From Eubacteriales bacterium (GTDB lineage Bacteria > Bacillota > Clostridia > Oscillospirales > CAG-272): 64,000 nt of DNA. Shown in pieces: positions 16,531-26,156 of this stretch. A program made the translations under genes and the position numbers. How positions within the stretch are numbered: position 1 is the first letter of the stretch; the number at the start of each line of letters is the position of its first letter. The stretch lies in assembly GCA_045634485.1 (NCBI GenBank), contig JAZRAJ010000036.1:22696-86695 (forward strand), in the 5' to 3' direction. The notes below the pieces were generated by a model that did not search any database, had not been told where the DNA came from, and worked only from the letters and a program-made list of their open reading frames with translations.

Positions 16531-17082
16531 TTACTCAACAACAGTAACCACTACACCGCCGCCAACAAGCTCTACAACAGCCTTTTCATTGGTATTGGGG
16601 TCATAGCAGCCAACGACGTATCTTGCGTTATATCCGCCTATCTCAAGCGCTTCCCTTGCGCTATCCTCCAGAGTAAGCTCCCTTATCTGGTTACCCGCGG
16701 TTATTCTTTGCGAACGGCAAAGCACAACGTCGCCGTTATCCAAAACGAGAGAAACCACCATATCCTGAGTTGACTTTGAGGGGTTAGCGTAATAAAGCGT
16801 AACCTTTCCCTCGGAAAGATCAACAGTTGCGGTTGCGGTATAGGTAAGGTTTACACCCGCTCCGCCAAGCTCGGTTTCAAGCGTTCCACCCGGATCGTTA
16901 ACCATAGGCGACTGATTTGGGTCGGTTGCCTGAGGGGGATAATCGGGAACTATCTTGTCGGTATCCTTATTATTATCCTTATCCGCATTTAACGCAACGC
17001 AAAGTATTATTATACCCACGATAATAAAGGTAAGCAAAACGATAAGACCTGCTATTAAAAGCCTTCTTTTTTTATCATCCAT
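16531..17082 (-). CDS. Hypothetical membrane-anchored extracytoplasmic protein
   Basis: I chose the start MDDKKRR (ATG at 17080-17082). There is one N-terminal TM helix (LLIAGLIVLLTFIIVGIIILCVAL) and then a beta-rich domain. No motif was recognised. Confidence 0.55.
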   Translation of the reverse strand: MDDKKRRLLIAGLIVLLTFIIVGIIILCVALNADKDNNKDTDKIVPDYPPQATDPNQSPMVNDPGGTLETELGGAGVNLTYTATATVDLSEGKVTLYYANPSKSTQDMVVSLVLDNGDVVLCRSQRITAGNQIRELTLEDSAREALEIGGYNARYVVGCYDPNTNEKAVVELVGGGVVVTVVE

Positions 17083-17422
17083 AACGAAATTAATATCCTT
17101 TCGAAAACTAAAACTAAAATCATAGTAACACACATTAATTATAACATATTTATTTTAAAAAATAAAGTCTTTTTTTTATTTTTTTAAAGATATTCGTTTT
17201 GCACAAAAGCCCCCTTATTTTTTGTATATTTCGACACATTTTTTTCTCGTTTGCAAGCCTTAAATTCAAGAAAAAAATTCTTTTTGTTTATTTTCTCATA
17301 AAAGCCGTAATTCTTTTTAGGTAATCTGCCACTTGACCAAAGCCTCAACGTATATTATAATATAATAGTATAGTAATATAATCATCAAGGTTTAGTTAAA
17401 AATAGATACCAAGGAGAGAAAA

Positions 17423-20400
17423 ATGAAATCACGCTTACAGGCATTATCAATATGCTTATTGCTTATAATGCTATTTACGTCAATCGCGCCCTGCGTTAGC
17501 GCAATATCACTTGGAGTAAAGGACTCGGCTCTCAATTCGGCGTCAAGCACAGAATATACGAGAGAGTACACCTTTAACAGTGACACTAAGCTTGCAGAGG
17601 CAAACTCAATGCTTACCGACCCCGCAAAATATAACGGCTCTAAAAGCTTTGAGGCTATTTACGATATCTTTAAGAATGAAATTAAAAACAACACCAACGG
17701 CTATAGCTTTGGAACTCCAAGCTCATCGATTGGAAGCGTTAGCGATGCCTCTTGGCACACGTCAAGCGTTACCCTTCCCACGGTAAGCTCGGCACACCCA
17801 AGGCTTCTCGTAACAAGCGACAGTATTCCTACGATAAGAAAGGCTCTTGAGGAAAGCAATCCCACCAACGAGCGCTTCTTTGCCCTTCTTGATATGAACG
17901 TAGCCGAGAAGAGAGTATACGATGATAGTGGCGAGCCCGTGGACACCGTTGTAGACGGTAAGGCTAACGGCGGTATCAACAGCGGTAAGCTTGGCACTGC
18001 TAAGGATGGCTTCTTTGGCAGACCCGGCGTACATAACTACGATGGCTACTACCTCGAGGTTATTCAGGTAAAGGCTCTCGGTTATCTCATTGACGGACAC
18101 GAGCTTTACGGCAAGCAGGCTATTCACTGCATGAAGCAGGTTTTGCGCACGCTTGATATTCAAAAAATAAACAGTAACCAGGAGCGTGAGTTCGGTAACG
18201 TAATGTTTACCGCCGCACTCGTTTACGACTGGTGCTACGCCCTTCTTGACGCCGAGGACAAAAATCAGCTTATCGCAGGCGTCGAGCATAAGGTAGCCAA
18301 CGTTACCAACGGTTACGGCACAAGCTTCTCGGTTAAGTTCCCGCCTACAAAGGTTGGTGCGGTTTCGGGCCACGGCTCGGAGCGTCAGGTGCTTCGTGAT
18401 ATGCTTGCGGCATCAATTGCATTTTACGGTGACAATAATTCTTGGTATAACTATATAGGAACTCTCGTTTACGAGCATTACGTTCCCGTAAGAAACTATT
18501 ACTTCCGCTCGGGTATTTCCCAGCAGGGTGTTGGTACATATGTTTCAGGACGTCACATAGCCGATATGTTCTCGGCTTGGATGCTTAAGACCTCCACGGG
18601 AAGTCAACCCTACGAGGGAATTGATAAAACCGTTAGAAACTTCTTAGGCTACGAAACCACCCCCGGAAAGATATACACCGACGGCGACGGAACAGGCTTG
18701 CAGCAAAACAATTATGAATTCAGAGCATTAGCATATATGACGGCTTACATCTTTGAGGATGAGGCTATGCTTGCCCAGGCAAGGTCTATGAGGCCTACGG
18801 TTGCGTTTGGTTCGGATAAGAGAATAGACCTTACCATCGAGCTTCACTCGGCGCTATACGTTGCTCTCACGGGTATGTGCGATATAACTCCCGCCGAGGA
18901 TAAATACGAGGGTATGCCACTTATTCAGTATAACGGCTCGCCGGTTGGTCAGTACGTAACGCACGAGGCGTTTGGCGTAAAGGATTCGGCAAGCGTATTT
19001 ATGAAGATTAAGGAGCGTACCACCGCAAACCACGAGCATGCCGATGCGGGTAACTTTATGATTTATTATAAGGGAATGCTTACGGCAGACGGCGGTGTTT
19101 ACAACGGCTACAGTGGCGCTCACACACGATATTACCATCAGGCAACGGTTGGCCACAACAGTATACTCGTTTACGATTCCTCTAAATGGGATTATGACTC
19201 AACAGATCTTGCAACCAAATGGTATTCGGGCGGTCAAAGATGGCCAAACGAGGCGAGCACGCTTTCAGAGCTTAAGGGCGACACCTACAAAACGGGTGAC
19301 GTTATAGGCAACCGCCACGGCTATTACGATTCGGCTAAAACCCAGCCTAAATACGCATACCTCAACGGTAATTTGGCGTACGCCTACCCCTCCGAAACGG
19401 TTGATAGCTTGGGCAGAAGAATGCTTGTGGTTTACACGGGAGATGAGGACGTTCCAATGCTCTTCTTCGTTTACGATACGATTGGAGCGACATCTGCCAA
19501 TTTCGAAAAGAAATTCTTGTTCCACATAGCATCCTCAAGCGCTCCTACTATTAATACTACCAATAAAACAGTTACTACGGTTAACGGCGACGGCAAGCTT
19601 GTTCTTACGGCTATCTCACAAGATACCAAGCTTTCCTCTCAAGGCGGTGCATCTAAAAACTTCCTTATCAACGGAAATCAGAACGCTACAACCAACGGCA
19701 CCGACACAGGCTCTTGGGGACGAGTTGAGGTTGTTGCAACAAACAACAGTAAAAGCTCAAAGATGCTCAACGCTATGTACGTTACCGATGCTACGAACGA
19801 TACGGCATATGCTATGAAATCCATAACAAACGTTTCATCCTATCAAAGCTCCTTAGGAGATTTTGAGGGTGCAGTGTTCAACGGAAAGGTTGCCGCTGTA
19901 TTTGCAAAGAAGGATGTTACGGGTGGAAGAAACGGTACAGTTTCTTATATGAATAAGGGTCAGCACTACTTTACCACCGAGGGTAGCGGAACCATGCAAT
20001 ATTACGTTGACGGAATGGCGGCAGGCAACTGGCAAATCACAGTTAACGGCAAATCCTACGGAACTGTAAATGCAAGCTACGGTCTTCTTATCTTTGACGC
20101 TCCCGCAGGCGACGTTGTTCTTACAAAGGAATCCAATGAGCTAACCACTCTTAAGAGTGAGCTTATTAGCTCTCTTGGCTCAAAAATAAGCAATACAAAC
20201 GGAAAGTACACCACAGAGTCCTACTCCGCATATTCCGAGGCTTACGATGCAATCGTTACCACGATAAACAACGCTACCACCGTGGATGAGGCTAACGCAA
20301 TCAACGTTGCAGACTTAAAAGCGAAAGCAGAAGCAAAGCTTGGTCTATCGCTTGACGAAAAGAAGGCGGCGCTAATATCGGCGCTCGGCTCGAAGAAGTC

Positions 20401-21025
20401 AAGCACAGACTACACCGCAGGCTCTTACTCGGCGTATTCGGCAAGGTACGATGAAATTCTCGCCTCGATAAATAACGCAACCACTATGGATGCCCTTAAC
20501 GCAATCAACGTTACAACACTAAAGGCAGAGGCAGAGGCTCTTCTACAATCAGCAAGCGGAGGCACAGGCTCGGATGCTATAACCGAAACTAACGGCTCGG
20601 CATCCAAGGACGTTACCATATCCTACGACGATAGCTTTTCAAGCGAAGCGGTTTACAGCGTGGATATCACGTGGACCGACCTAACGTTTAATTACAGTGC
20701 GGGCGAGGCACAATGGGATCCCGAGGCTCACGATTATTCCTCCGACGTTATCAGTAACGCAGGGTGGGTTGACTCAAGTGGCTCGATTACCGTAACGAAC
20801 CACTCAAACGCTAAAATATCTATTAAGATAACCTTTGAAAAATCGTCAACTCCAAACGGCGATGCTTACCTATCGGTTTCAAGCAGCAGCTATACGCTTG
20901 AAAGCGCCGAGAACACAACGGTTAGCGGCGCACCCTCCAAAAAATCAACAATTACCGCAAATGGCACGCCAAGCTCTAATAGCAGTATAGGCAAGCTTAT
21001 CGTGGCGGTAAATAAGGTGAGTTAA
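17423..21025 (+). CDS. Secreted heparinase II/III-like polysaccharide lyase (1200 aa) with C-terminal helical repeats and a beta-rich tail domain
   Basis: The signal peptide ends ...PCVSA-IS. The heparinase II/III region is NHEHADAGNFMIYYKGMLTADGGVY...GHNSILV. Two ~68-aa repeats are present (SYSAYSEAYDAIVTTINNATTVDEANAINV and SYSAYSARYDEILASINNATTMDALNAINV). Confidence 0.7.
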   Translation: MKSRLQALSICLLLIMLFTSIAPCVSAISLGVKDSALNSASSTEYTREYTFNSDTKLAEANSMLTDPAKYNGSKSFEAIYDIFKNEIKNNTNGYSFGTPSSSIGSVSDASWHTSSVTLPTVSSAHPRLLVTSDSIPTIRKALEESNPTNERFFALLDMNVAEKRVYDDSGEPVDTVVDGKANGGINSGKLGTAKDGFFGRPGVHNYDGYYLEVIQVKALGYLIDGHELYGKQAIHCMKQVLRTLDIQKINSNQEREFGNVMFTAALVYDWCYALLDAEDKNQLIAGVEHKVANVTNGYGTSFSVKFPPTKVGAVSGHGSERQVLRDMLAASIAFYGDNNSWYNYIGTLVYEHYVPVRNYYFRSGISQQGVGTYVSGRHIADMFSAWMLKTSTGSQPYEGIDKTVRNFLGYETTPGKIYTDGDGTGLQQNNYEFRALAYMTAYIFEDEAMLAQARSMRPTVAFGSDKRIDLTIELHSALYVALTGMCDITPAEDKYEGMPLIQYNGSPVGQYVTHEAFGVKDSASVFMKIKERTTANHEHADAGNFMIYYKGMLTADGGVYNGYSGAHTRYYHQATVGHNSILVYDSSKWDYDSTDLATKWYSGGQRWPNEASTLSELKGDTYKTGDVIGNRHGYYDSAKTQPKYAYLNGNLAYAYPSETVDSLGRRMLVVYTGDEDVPMLFFVYDTIGATSANFEKKFLFHIASSSAPTINTTNKTVTTVNGDGKLVLTAISQDTKLSSQGGASKNFLINGNQNATTNGTDTGSWGRVEVVATNNSKSSKMLNAMYVTDATNDTAYAMKSITNVSSYQSSLGDFEGAVFNGKVAAVFAKKDVTGGRNGTVSYMNKGQHYFTTEGSGTMQYYVDGMAAGNWQITVNGKSYGTVNASYGLLIFDAPAGDVVLTKESNELTTLKSELISSLGSKISNTNGKYTTESYSAYSEAYDAIVTTINNATTVDEANAINVADLKAKAEAKLGLSLDEKKAALISALGSKKSSTDYTAGSYSAYSARYDEILASINNATTMDALNAINVTTLKAEAEALLQSASGGTGSDAITETNGSASKDVTISYDDSFSSEAVYSVDITWTDLTFNYSAGEAQWDPEAHDYSSDVISNAGWVDSSGSITVTNHSNAKISIKITFEKSSTPNGDAYLSVSSSSYTLESAENTTVSGAPSKKSTITANGTPSSNSSIGKLIVAVNKVS

Positions 21026-21045
21026 GCTCAAAGAAAAATAAATAG

Positions 21046-21077
21046 CAAAAAGGATATGCCTCGGCATATCCTTTTTG
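21046..21077. terminator. Bidirectional terminator between convergent genes
   Basis: AAAGGATATGCC tc GGCATATCCTTT is flanked by an A-run and a T-run. Confidence 0.8.
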
Positions 21078-21088
21078 TGTTATTCAAA

Positions 21089-21607
21089 TCATTTATCGTT
21101 GCACTTAATTTTGCAATCTAAAACCGCCATAAGCGTTTCCTCGTCGCTGATATCCGTGGTAAAGGAAAGCTCACTTACAAGCATCCTTTTTGCCAGCTCA
21201 AGTGCCGTCATATCGCCCTGCGTTACGTGCTTGCCAAGGCTTGAAAGCTCATTCTCCTTGGCGTTAACAGTATGTATAAGGGCTATAAGCATTTCCCTTT
21301 TTCCGTCGGAGATTATATCCTTAAAATAGTTGCTCCTACGTCTTGGCTGAGCATCCCACTCAAGCCTTTTATCAATAAGCTTGCTTGCGATAGCGTTTAC
21401 CTCACTCGCAGAGCAAAGCGGACGCATTTTGGCAAGAAGCGCCTCGTTATCCGCAGGCACAAAAAGCGTTGAGCTTGCATCTCTTAACGGCGACAGAATA
21501 TAAAAATCCTTATGCTCGTTAAGTGTTCCGAATTTTTGGCTTCTTATCTCGGATATAAGGCAAACGCCCTCCGAGCGATAGCTTACATACGTTCCAACCT
21601 TATACAT
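21089..21607 (-). CDS. CarD/CdnL/TRCF-family transcriptional regulator
   Basis: The N-terminus YKVGTYVSYRSEGVCLISEI....FG....DFYIL has a Tudor-like CarD RNAP-interacting domain pattern. It is 172 aa long. Confidence 0.7.
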   Translation of the reverse strand: MYKVGTYVSYRSEGVCLISEIRSQKFGTLNEHKDFYILSPLRDASSTLFVPADNEALLAKMRPLCSASEVNAIASKLIDKRLEWDAQPRRRSNYFKDIISDGKREMLIALIHTVNAKENELSSLGKHVTQGDMTALELAKRMLVSELSFTTDISDEETLMAVLDCKIKCNDK

Positions 21608-21717
21608 CTGTTTACCCCGAATGTGATTTTTGCTACTACTATTTTACCACGCTTTAGAAAAAATTTCAAAGGCAATTTTCAACAAAAATTAATCTTTTTA
21701 TTTGAACATCTTGACGC

Positions 21718-24000
21718 TTAAAGCAATATCTCGTTATGCTCAAGCTCTGCCCTACGGCAAGCCTCCGCCTCACGCAGATGCGAGGTAAACATTATTATCT
21801 GTATTCCCTCGCCTGCAAGCGAGCCGAGAAGCTCAACGGTGCTTGCAAGGCGCTTATCGTCAAGCTGACAAAAGCTTTCGTCAAAAATTATAGGCGTATT
21901 TGCATTTTTATATATCTGCATAATAAGCGCCAAGCGAAGCGCAATATACGCCGTATCCTTTGTTCCCGCGCTCAAAAGCTCCGAGCCTATCGAAAATCCG
22001 TCCTTATCAAGCATAAGTCCAAGCTTTGAGTTAGTTCTTAAGGTGTTATACTTATCACGGCTCATTCTTGCTAAGTATTCGCTTGCGGTCTTACTGATTA
22101 TCGGAGTAACGCTTCCGCGCATAGCGGCGCTCGACTCCTCGATAACGCTCATTGCAAGAACCAACGCCTCGTAAAACTCTCTATCCTTTTTATTCTTTGC
22201 CTCAAGCAAAGCAAGCCTATCGGCTATCGGCAACGGGTCCTCCGCCTTTATACGCAAGGCGACAAGTTCGTTTTGAAGCAGGGTTATTCTGCTCTCGCAC
22301 GCCGTCTTTTTAGCAAGCAAAAAGCTTTTTGAGCGCTCTGCCTCCTCAACCGCCTCGGGAGTTGCATCCTCGATGTTAACGGTTATCTCACTGCGAAGCT
22401 TATCCTCATCGTATCTTGCAAGCGAGTTCCTCTCGTTTTCAAGCACACGAAGGAAGGTATCCTCCTCCCTTGCAAGCTCATCGTAGCGATTTAAAAACTC
22501 GTCAAGACGTAAAGCCTCTGCCTCAAGCATCTCACACTCGGGCTCTGCACTTGCGCCCATAGTAAGGGTTAACAATTTGTAAGCGTGTTGCTTGGATGCC
22601 TCAAGGCTCTCCTCGGCAAGGTCAAGCTCTGCCTCAAGTCTTGCTCTCTCGGCGATATGCTCACGCATAAGCGCAAGCTCCTCAAGCGCCTCATCCAAGC
22701 GTTCGGACAAGCCCTCGGGAGTGGTGTGGTAGCTGTACGCCGTCTTTTCGCTTGCTTCGATTGCATCGTTGCGCTCTCTTACCGCATTTGCCGTAATAAT
22801 TACCGCCGCCGTGCCAAGTCCAAGCGTTGCAACAAGCGCTATAATAGCAACGGCAATCAATGAAAGTACAAATCCAACCGCACTAAGGCCTGCCGCAATT
22901 GCCGTAGAAACTCCGAACGTTGCACCAATTTTTAGCCTTGACGCCGCCTTGCGCATCGGCTCTGTAAGCGACGTAACAACCGCTATCTTGCCTCCGCTCT
23001 GCTCAACTCGCTCTCCAAACTCGGCAAGCTCGGGGTCATATGTTATCTTATGCTCGATAATCCTTTGCTCCTTTGCCTCAAGGCTCTTTTCCTTATCGGC
23101 AAGATCCCTCGATGCGGCGCGAAGCTCGGCTATATGAGTGCGATCGGGAAAATAATCGGTGGCAAGCGCCGCCTCGGCACATTGCTCCTTTTTTCCCACA
23201 AAGCTTCCAAGCTCGGCTTCCTTGGCTCTTAGCGCCTCAAAGCGCTTTATTATAGCAATTTTATTAAACTGTGAAACCAGAGCGTCATTTTCCTCAAGCT
23301 CAAGCTTCATAGCCTCGTATTCCTTTTTAATTCTGTCAAAGCCCTCGGTTTTGCCCTCGATTGCAATGCTTGCGTTCTTTGCCTCCTCAAGCTTCATTCT
23401 GAGGGAGTTGATTTTCGCCTCGTCCTCAAAAATCATTCCACCGCCTTGGTTTTTGTGCAAATAAGAGGCTCTAATCAAATTCAACTCTCTAAGCACCGTT
23501 GATACGTCAACGCCCTCATCGGCAGACGATAAAAGATTTGAAAGGCTTTGTGCAGTCTTTTCGCCGTTGATATCATCCGAGCGCATTTGACCTACGCACG
23601 CACTGCTTTCAAAAACCTCGCGCGGAACACCCAGAAAATACTCTCCGGGGGATTTATCTGTTGAAATAGGCGCTCCGCTTTCAAGTGAAAGGATAACGAG
23701 CTTCTCGCCCTTTGCCCTATCCACAAAGCTACGCTCGATACGGTAATCCTTGCCGTTATGCTCAAGCGTCATGCTCCCCGCCGCGGCACTTCCCGACCAG
23801 CTTAAGGAGCGCTCCCTTTCGGTGTTAGACGCCGACTTTCTCTGCAATCCGTAAAGCATAAACTTTATAAAGAGAAATATCGTGCTTTTTCCCGACTCGT
23901 TCTCTCCGTAAATTATATTAAGCTTTTGACCTGCATCAAGCTCTATTTTTTTATTTTTTATACCGCCGAATTCGGCAATATACAATTCTCTTATCCTCAA
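21718..24000 (-). CDS. YhaN-like AAA/Rad50-SbcC-type ATPase with coiled coils and a central hydrophobic hairpin
   Basis: Walker A is GENESGKST and the Walker B region is IIFDESFCQLD. Long coiled-coil segments are present, plus central TM-like stretches (GLSAVGFVLSLIAVAIIALVATLGLGTAAVIIT). The apparent start is TTG at 23998-24000, behind a GGAGGA RBS. Confidence 0.75.
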   Translation of the reverse strand: MRIRELYIAEFGGIKNKKIELDAGQKLNIIYGENESGKSTIFLFIKFMLYGLQRKSASNTERERSLSWSGSAAAGSMTLEHNGKDYRIERSFVDRAKGEKLVILSLESGAPISTDKSPGEYFLGVPREVFESSACVGQMRSDDINGEKTAQSLSNLLSSADEGVDVSTVLRELNLIRASYLHKNQGGGMIFEDEAKINSLRMKLEEAKNASIAIEGKTEGFDRIKKEYEAMKLELEENDALVSQFNKIAIIKRFEALRAKEAELGSFVGKKEQCAEAALATDYFPDRTHIAELRAASRDLADKEKSLEAKEQRIIEHKITYDPELAEFGERVEQSGGKIAVVTSLTEPMRKAASRLKIGATFGVSTAIAAGLSAVGFVLSLIAVAIIALVATLGLGTAAVIITANAVRERNDAIEASEKTAYSYHTTPEGLSERLDEALEELALMREHIAERARLEAELDLAEESLEASKQHAYKLLTLTMGASAEPECEMLEAEALRLDEFLNRYDELAREEDTFLRVLENERNSLARYDEDKLRSEITVNIEDATPEAVEEAERSKSFLLAKKTACESRITLLQNELVALRIKAEDPLPIADRLALLEAKNKKDREFYEALVLAMSVIEESSAAMRGSVTPIISKTASEYLARMSRDKYNTLRTNSKLGLMLDKDGFSIGSELLSAGTKDTAYIALRLALIMQIYKNANTPIIFDESFCQLDDKRLASTVELLGSLAGEGIQIIMFTSHLREAEACRRAELEHNEILL

Positions 24001-24020
24001 GACTCTTTCCTCCGCTACTC

Positions 24021-25148
24021 TTAATTTATAGCATCAAAAATATTATTTGAATCTATTGCCGCCAATGCGATTTTAAGGGCAAGTATCGCTCTTCTTCTCT
24101 CCTCTGCGTTTGCAGATGTAAGCGACGGAAGAAGCGTTCTGTATACCTCGCCTCGAACCGTAACGTCCTTTTCAAGATATTTACCGTCAAGAATAGGCAG
24201 AGTTGAATCCTCGATTTCAAGATATTCAAGCTGTGCGCTCTCCCTTATCTCCTCAACCGAGCCCTTTATGTCCTTAACCGTTTGCCTATCCGCCATTCCG
24301 GTAAGAATCAAGCGTAAATAGGTTCCGTTTGGATAATTCTTTTCACTTAAATAGGTGCAAAGCTCCTCAACCATATAGGGATGATCCGAGGATACGTTAA
24401 ACTCATCAATGTAAAACGCTCTGCTTGAAATATCGATTTTTCTTGCATCGCAGGAGCGCTCATCAACGTCAACTATAAAAATTCCGCCCTCGCCTATCTC
24501 GTCAAAGCTTCTGCCCTCTGCAAATCCGCAATAACGAATTCTGCCCTCAACGTCCTCCTTCTCGTCACGGTTGTGTATATGACCGAGAGCCGAATAAGCA
24601 AAGCCAAATCTCGATATTTCCGAAAGGCTTATAGGGGCGTATCTTGAAAGCGGAGAATCAAGGTCGGTGTGCGCACAGAATATCTTTAAATATCCGTTGT
24701 CCTCGGGCATCTCTGCCGTAAGAAGCGGACTCTCGTTCATTATCGGAGAAGTAAACGCATATCCGAACACACGAACACGAAGCTCGTCAAAATCAAATAT
24801 TTGAAGCTCGGAGGTGCTGAAAATATAAAGATTGTCTATATCCTCCTTTTCGATAAGAGCGTAAAAGGAGTTCTCACTGTACGGATCGTGATTTCCCGGA
24901 GCGATAACCACGGGGATATCAATGCCCTTCACAAGCGAAATAAAAAGCGATCTCGTATCGTTGGAAACGAACTTACTGTCAAAAAGGTCGCCCGCCACAA
25001 GTATCATTTGACATTTTTCGTGCTTTGCGCAATCAAAAATGTTTTTAAGCAGCTCTCTGCCAAGCTCTCTGTATTGCTCCGCATCCTTTTTTCCAAAGGA
25101 CGAGAAGGCACTGTCAAGATGCAGATCTCCCGTGTGTAAAATTCTCAT
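24021..25148 (-). CDS. YhaO/SbcD-like metallophosphoesterase (DNA repair exonuclease family)
   Basis: Calcineurin-like motifs are MRILHTGDLHLD, VAGDLFD, GNHD and GHIH. Confidence 0.8.
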   Translation of the reverse strand: MRILHTGDLHLDSAFSSFGKKDAEQYRELGRELLKNIFDCAKHEKCQMILVAGDLFDSKFVSNDTRSLFISLVKGIDIPVVIAPGNHDPYSENSFYALIEKEDIDNLYIFSTSELQIFDFDELRVRVFGYAFTSPIMNESPLLTAEMPEDNGYLKIFCAHTDLDSPLSRYAPISLSEISRFGFAYSALGHIHNRDEKEDVEGRIRYCGFAEGRSFDEIGEGGIFIVDVDERSCDARKIDISSRAFYIDEFNVSSDHPYMVEELCTYLSEKNYPNGTYLRLILTGMADRQTVKDIKGSVEEIRESAQLEYLEIEDSTLPILDGKYLEKDVTVRGEVYRTLLPSLTSANAEERRRAILALKIALAAIDSNNIFDAIN

Positions 25149-25270
25149 TATCTTCTCCGTTTTGTTTGATTTTTATAAAAAAGAAAACACCGCCGATGCT
25201 ATCGGGGTGTCGAATTTGCGTTTGGGGTAAGCACAAGCAAGCATACCGCCGACACCGCAACGTATTATAT
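25149..25270 (-). promoter_or_regulatory. 5' leader of yhaO-yhaN with an intrinsic-terminator-like hairpin and a possible antiterminator
   Basis: The minus strand has CACCCCGAT agc ATCGGCGGTG (25188-25209) followed by TTTTCTTTTTT. The upstream GCGGTGTCG can pair with CGACACCCC, which overlaps the 5' arm of the terminator. Confidence 0.4.
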
Positions 25271-25276
25271 CAATTT

Positions 25277-25305
25277 ATTATAACATGAGCCTCAAAAAAT
25301 GTCAA
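25277..25305 (-). promoter_or_regulatory. Sigma-A promoter of the yhaO-yhaN operon
   Basis: The minus strand reads TTGACA (25300-25305), a 17-nt spacer, then TATAAT (25277-25282). Confidence 0.65.
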
Positions 25306-25365
25306 CAAATTTAATAAAAAAGCATATAAATTAATATGTTATTTTTTATTATTTTTGGAGGTTAT

Positions 25366-25929
25366 ATGCTTCTTCCTATCCCCTATAATCGAATACGTGC
25401 CGTTGATTATGCAAAAAGGTGGGCGCTATCGCGCAATCCATTATTTTTTGATTTTACCAATTTCGGTGGCAACTGCACAAGCTTTGTTTCTCAATGCATT
25501 TTTGCGGGCGCTCCCATTATGAATTACACTAAAACCTTTGGATGGTACTACGTTGACCAAAACGACCGTGCGCCCGCCTGGAGCGGAGTTGACGAGCTGT
25601 ATAATTTTCTAACGGGCGCTCCCGATTTTATCGCCAATAACGGCGGCTACGGACCATACGCCACCGATGCACAGATTGCGTCCCGAGTAGACCTTGGCGA
25701 CGTTATTCAGCTTGCGCGTGAGGACGGCACGTTTTATCACTCGCTTATTATAACAGGCTTTACCGACAACGATATCCTCGTTTCGGCTCAATCCAACGAT
25801 GCCCTCGATAAGCCTCTTTCGCAATATAATTACGCCACGCTCCGTGCGCTCCACATCGAGGGCGCTATGCTCTACTTTGACGACGAAAAAATATATAACG
25901 ACTTTTTGGAAGGAAAATCGATTACGTGA
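25366..25929 (+). CDS. Putative amidase domain protein (Amidase_6-like, papain-fold)
   Basis: The region YNRIRAVDYAKRWALSRNPLFFDF...GGNCTSFVSQCIFAG includes the Cys of the putative catalytic site, and HSLIIT comes later. I chose the ATG at 25366 behind GGAGG. Confidence 0.6.
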   Translation: MLLPIPYNRIRAVDYAKRWALSRNPLFFDFTNFGGNCTSFVSQCIFAGAPIMNYTKTFGWYYVDQNDRAPAWSGVDELYNFLTGAPDFIANNGGYGPYATDAQIASRVDLGDVIQLAREDGTFYHSLIITGFTDNDILVSAQSNDALDKPLSQYNYATLRALHIEGAMLYFDDEKIYNDFLEGKSIT

Positions 25930-25949
25930 ATATTGCTATATGGTGTGTT

Positions 25950-26100
25950 TGCACCGCACCAATACAGGAAAGTTTTCGTCCACCTTTTGAAAAAGGTGGC
26001 GAGGGTTTGGGGCGAGTAGCCCCATAATACAGCGTTTCTTTTTGCCAAGCTTTTTCTTTGCGCCTCTCGTGCCAAAGAAAAAGCGGTATTGTGGATTATT
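25950..26100. repeat. Palindromic intergenic element (REP/MITE-like)
   Basis: The nested inverted repeats are CCACCTTTTGAAAAAGGTGG, GGGGCGAGTAGCCCC, and CCATAATACAGCGTTTCTTTTTG versus CAAAGAAAAAGCGGTATTGTGG. Confidence 0.45.
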
Positions 26101-26156
26101 ATCTAAAAAAACAAAGCTCGAAGCGTGTTTGCTCCGAGCTTCATTTTATTTAAGAC

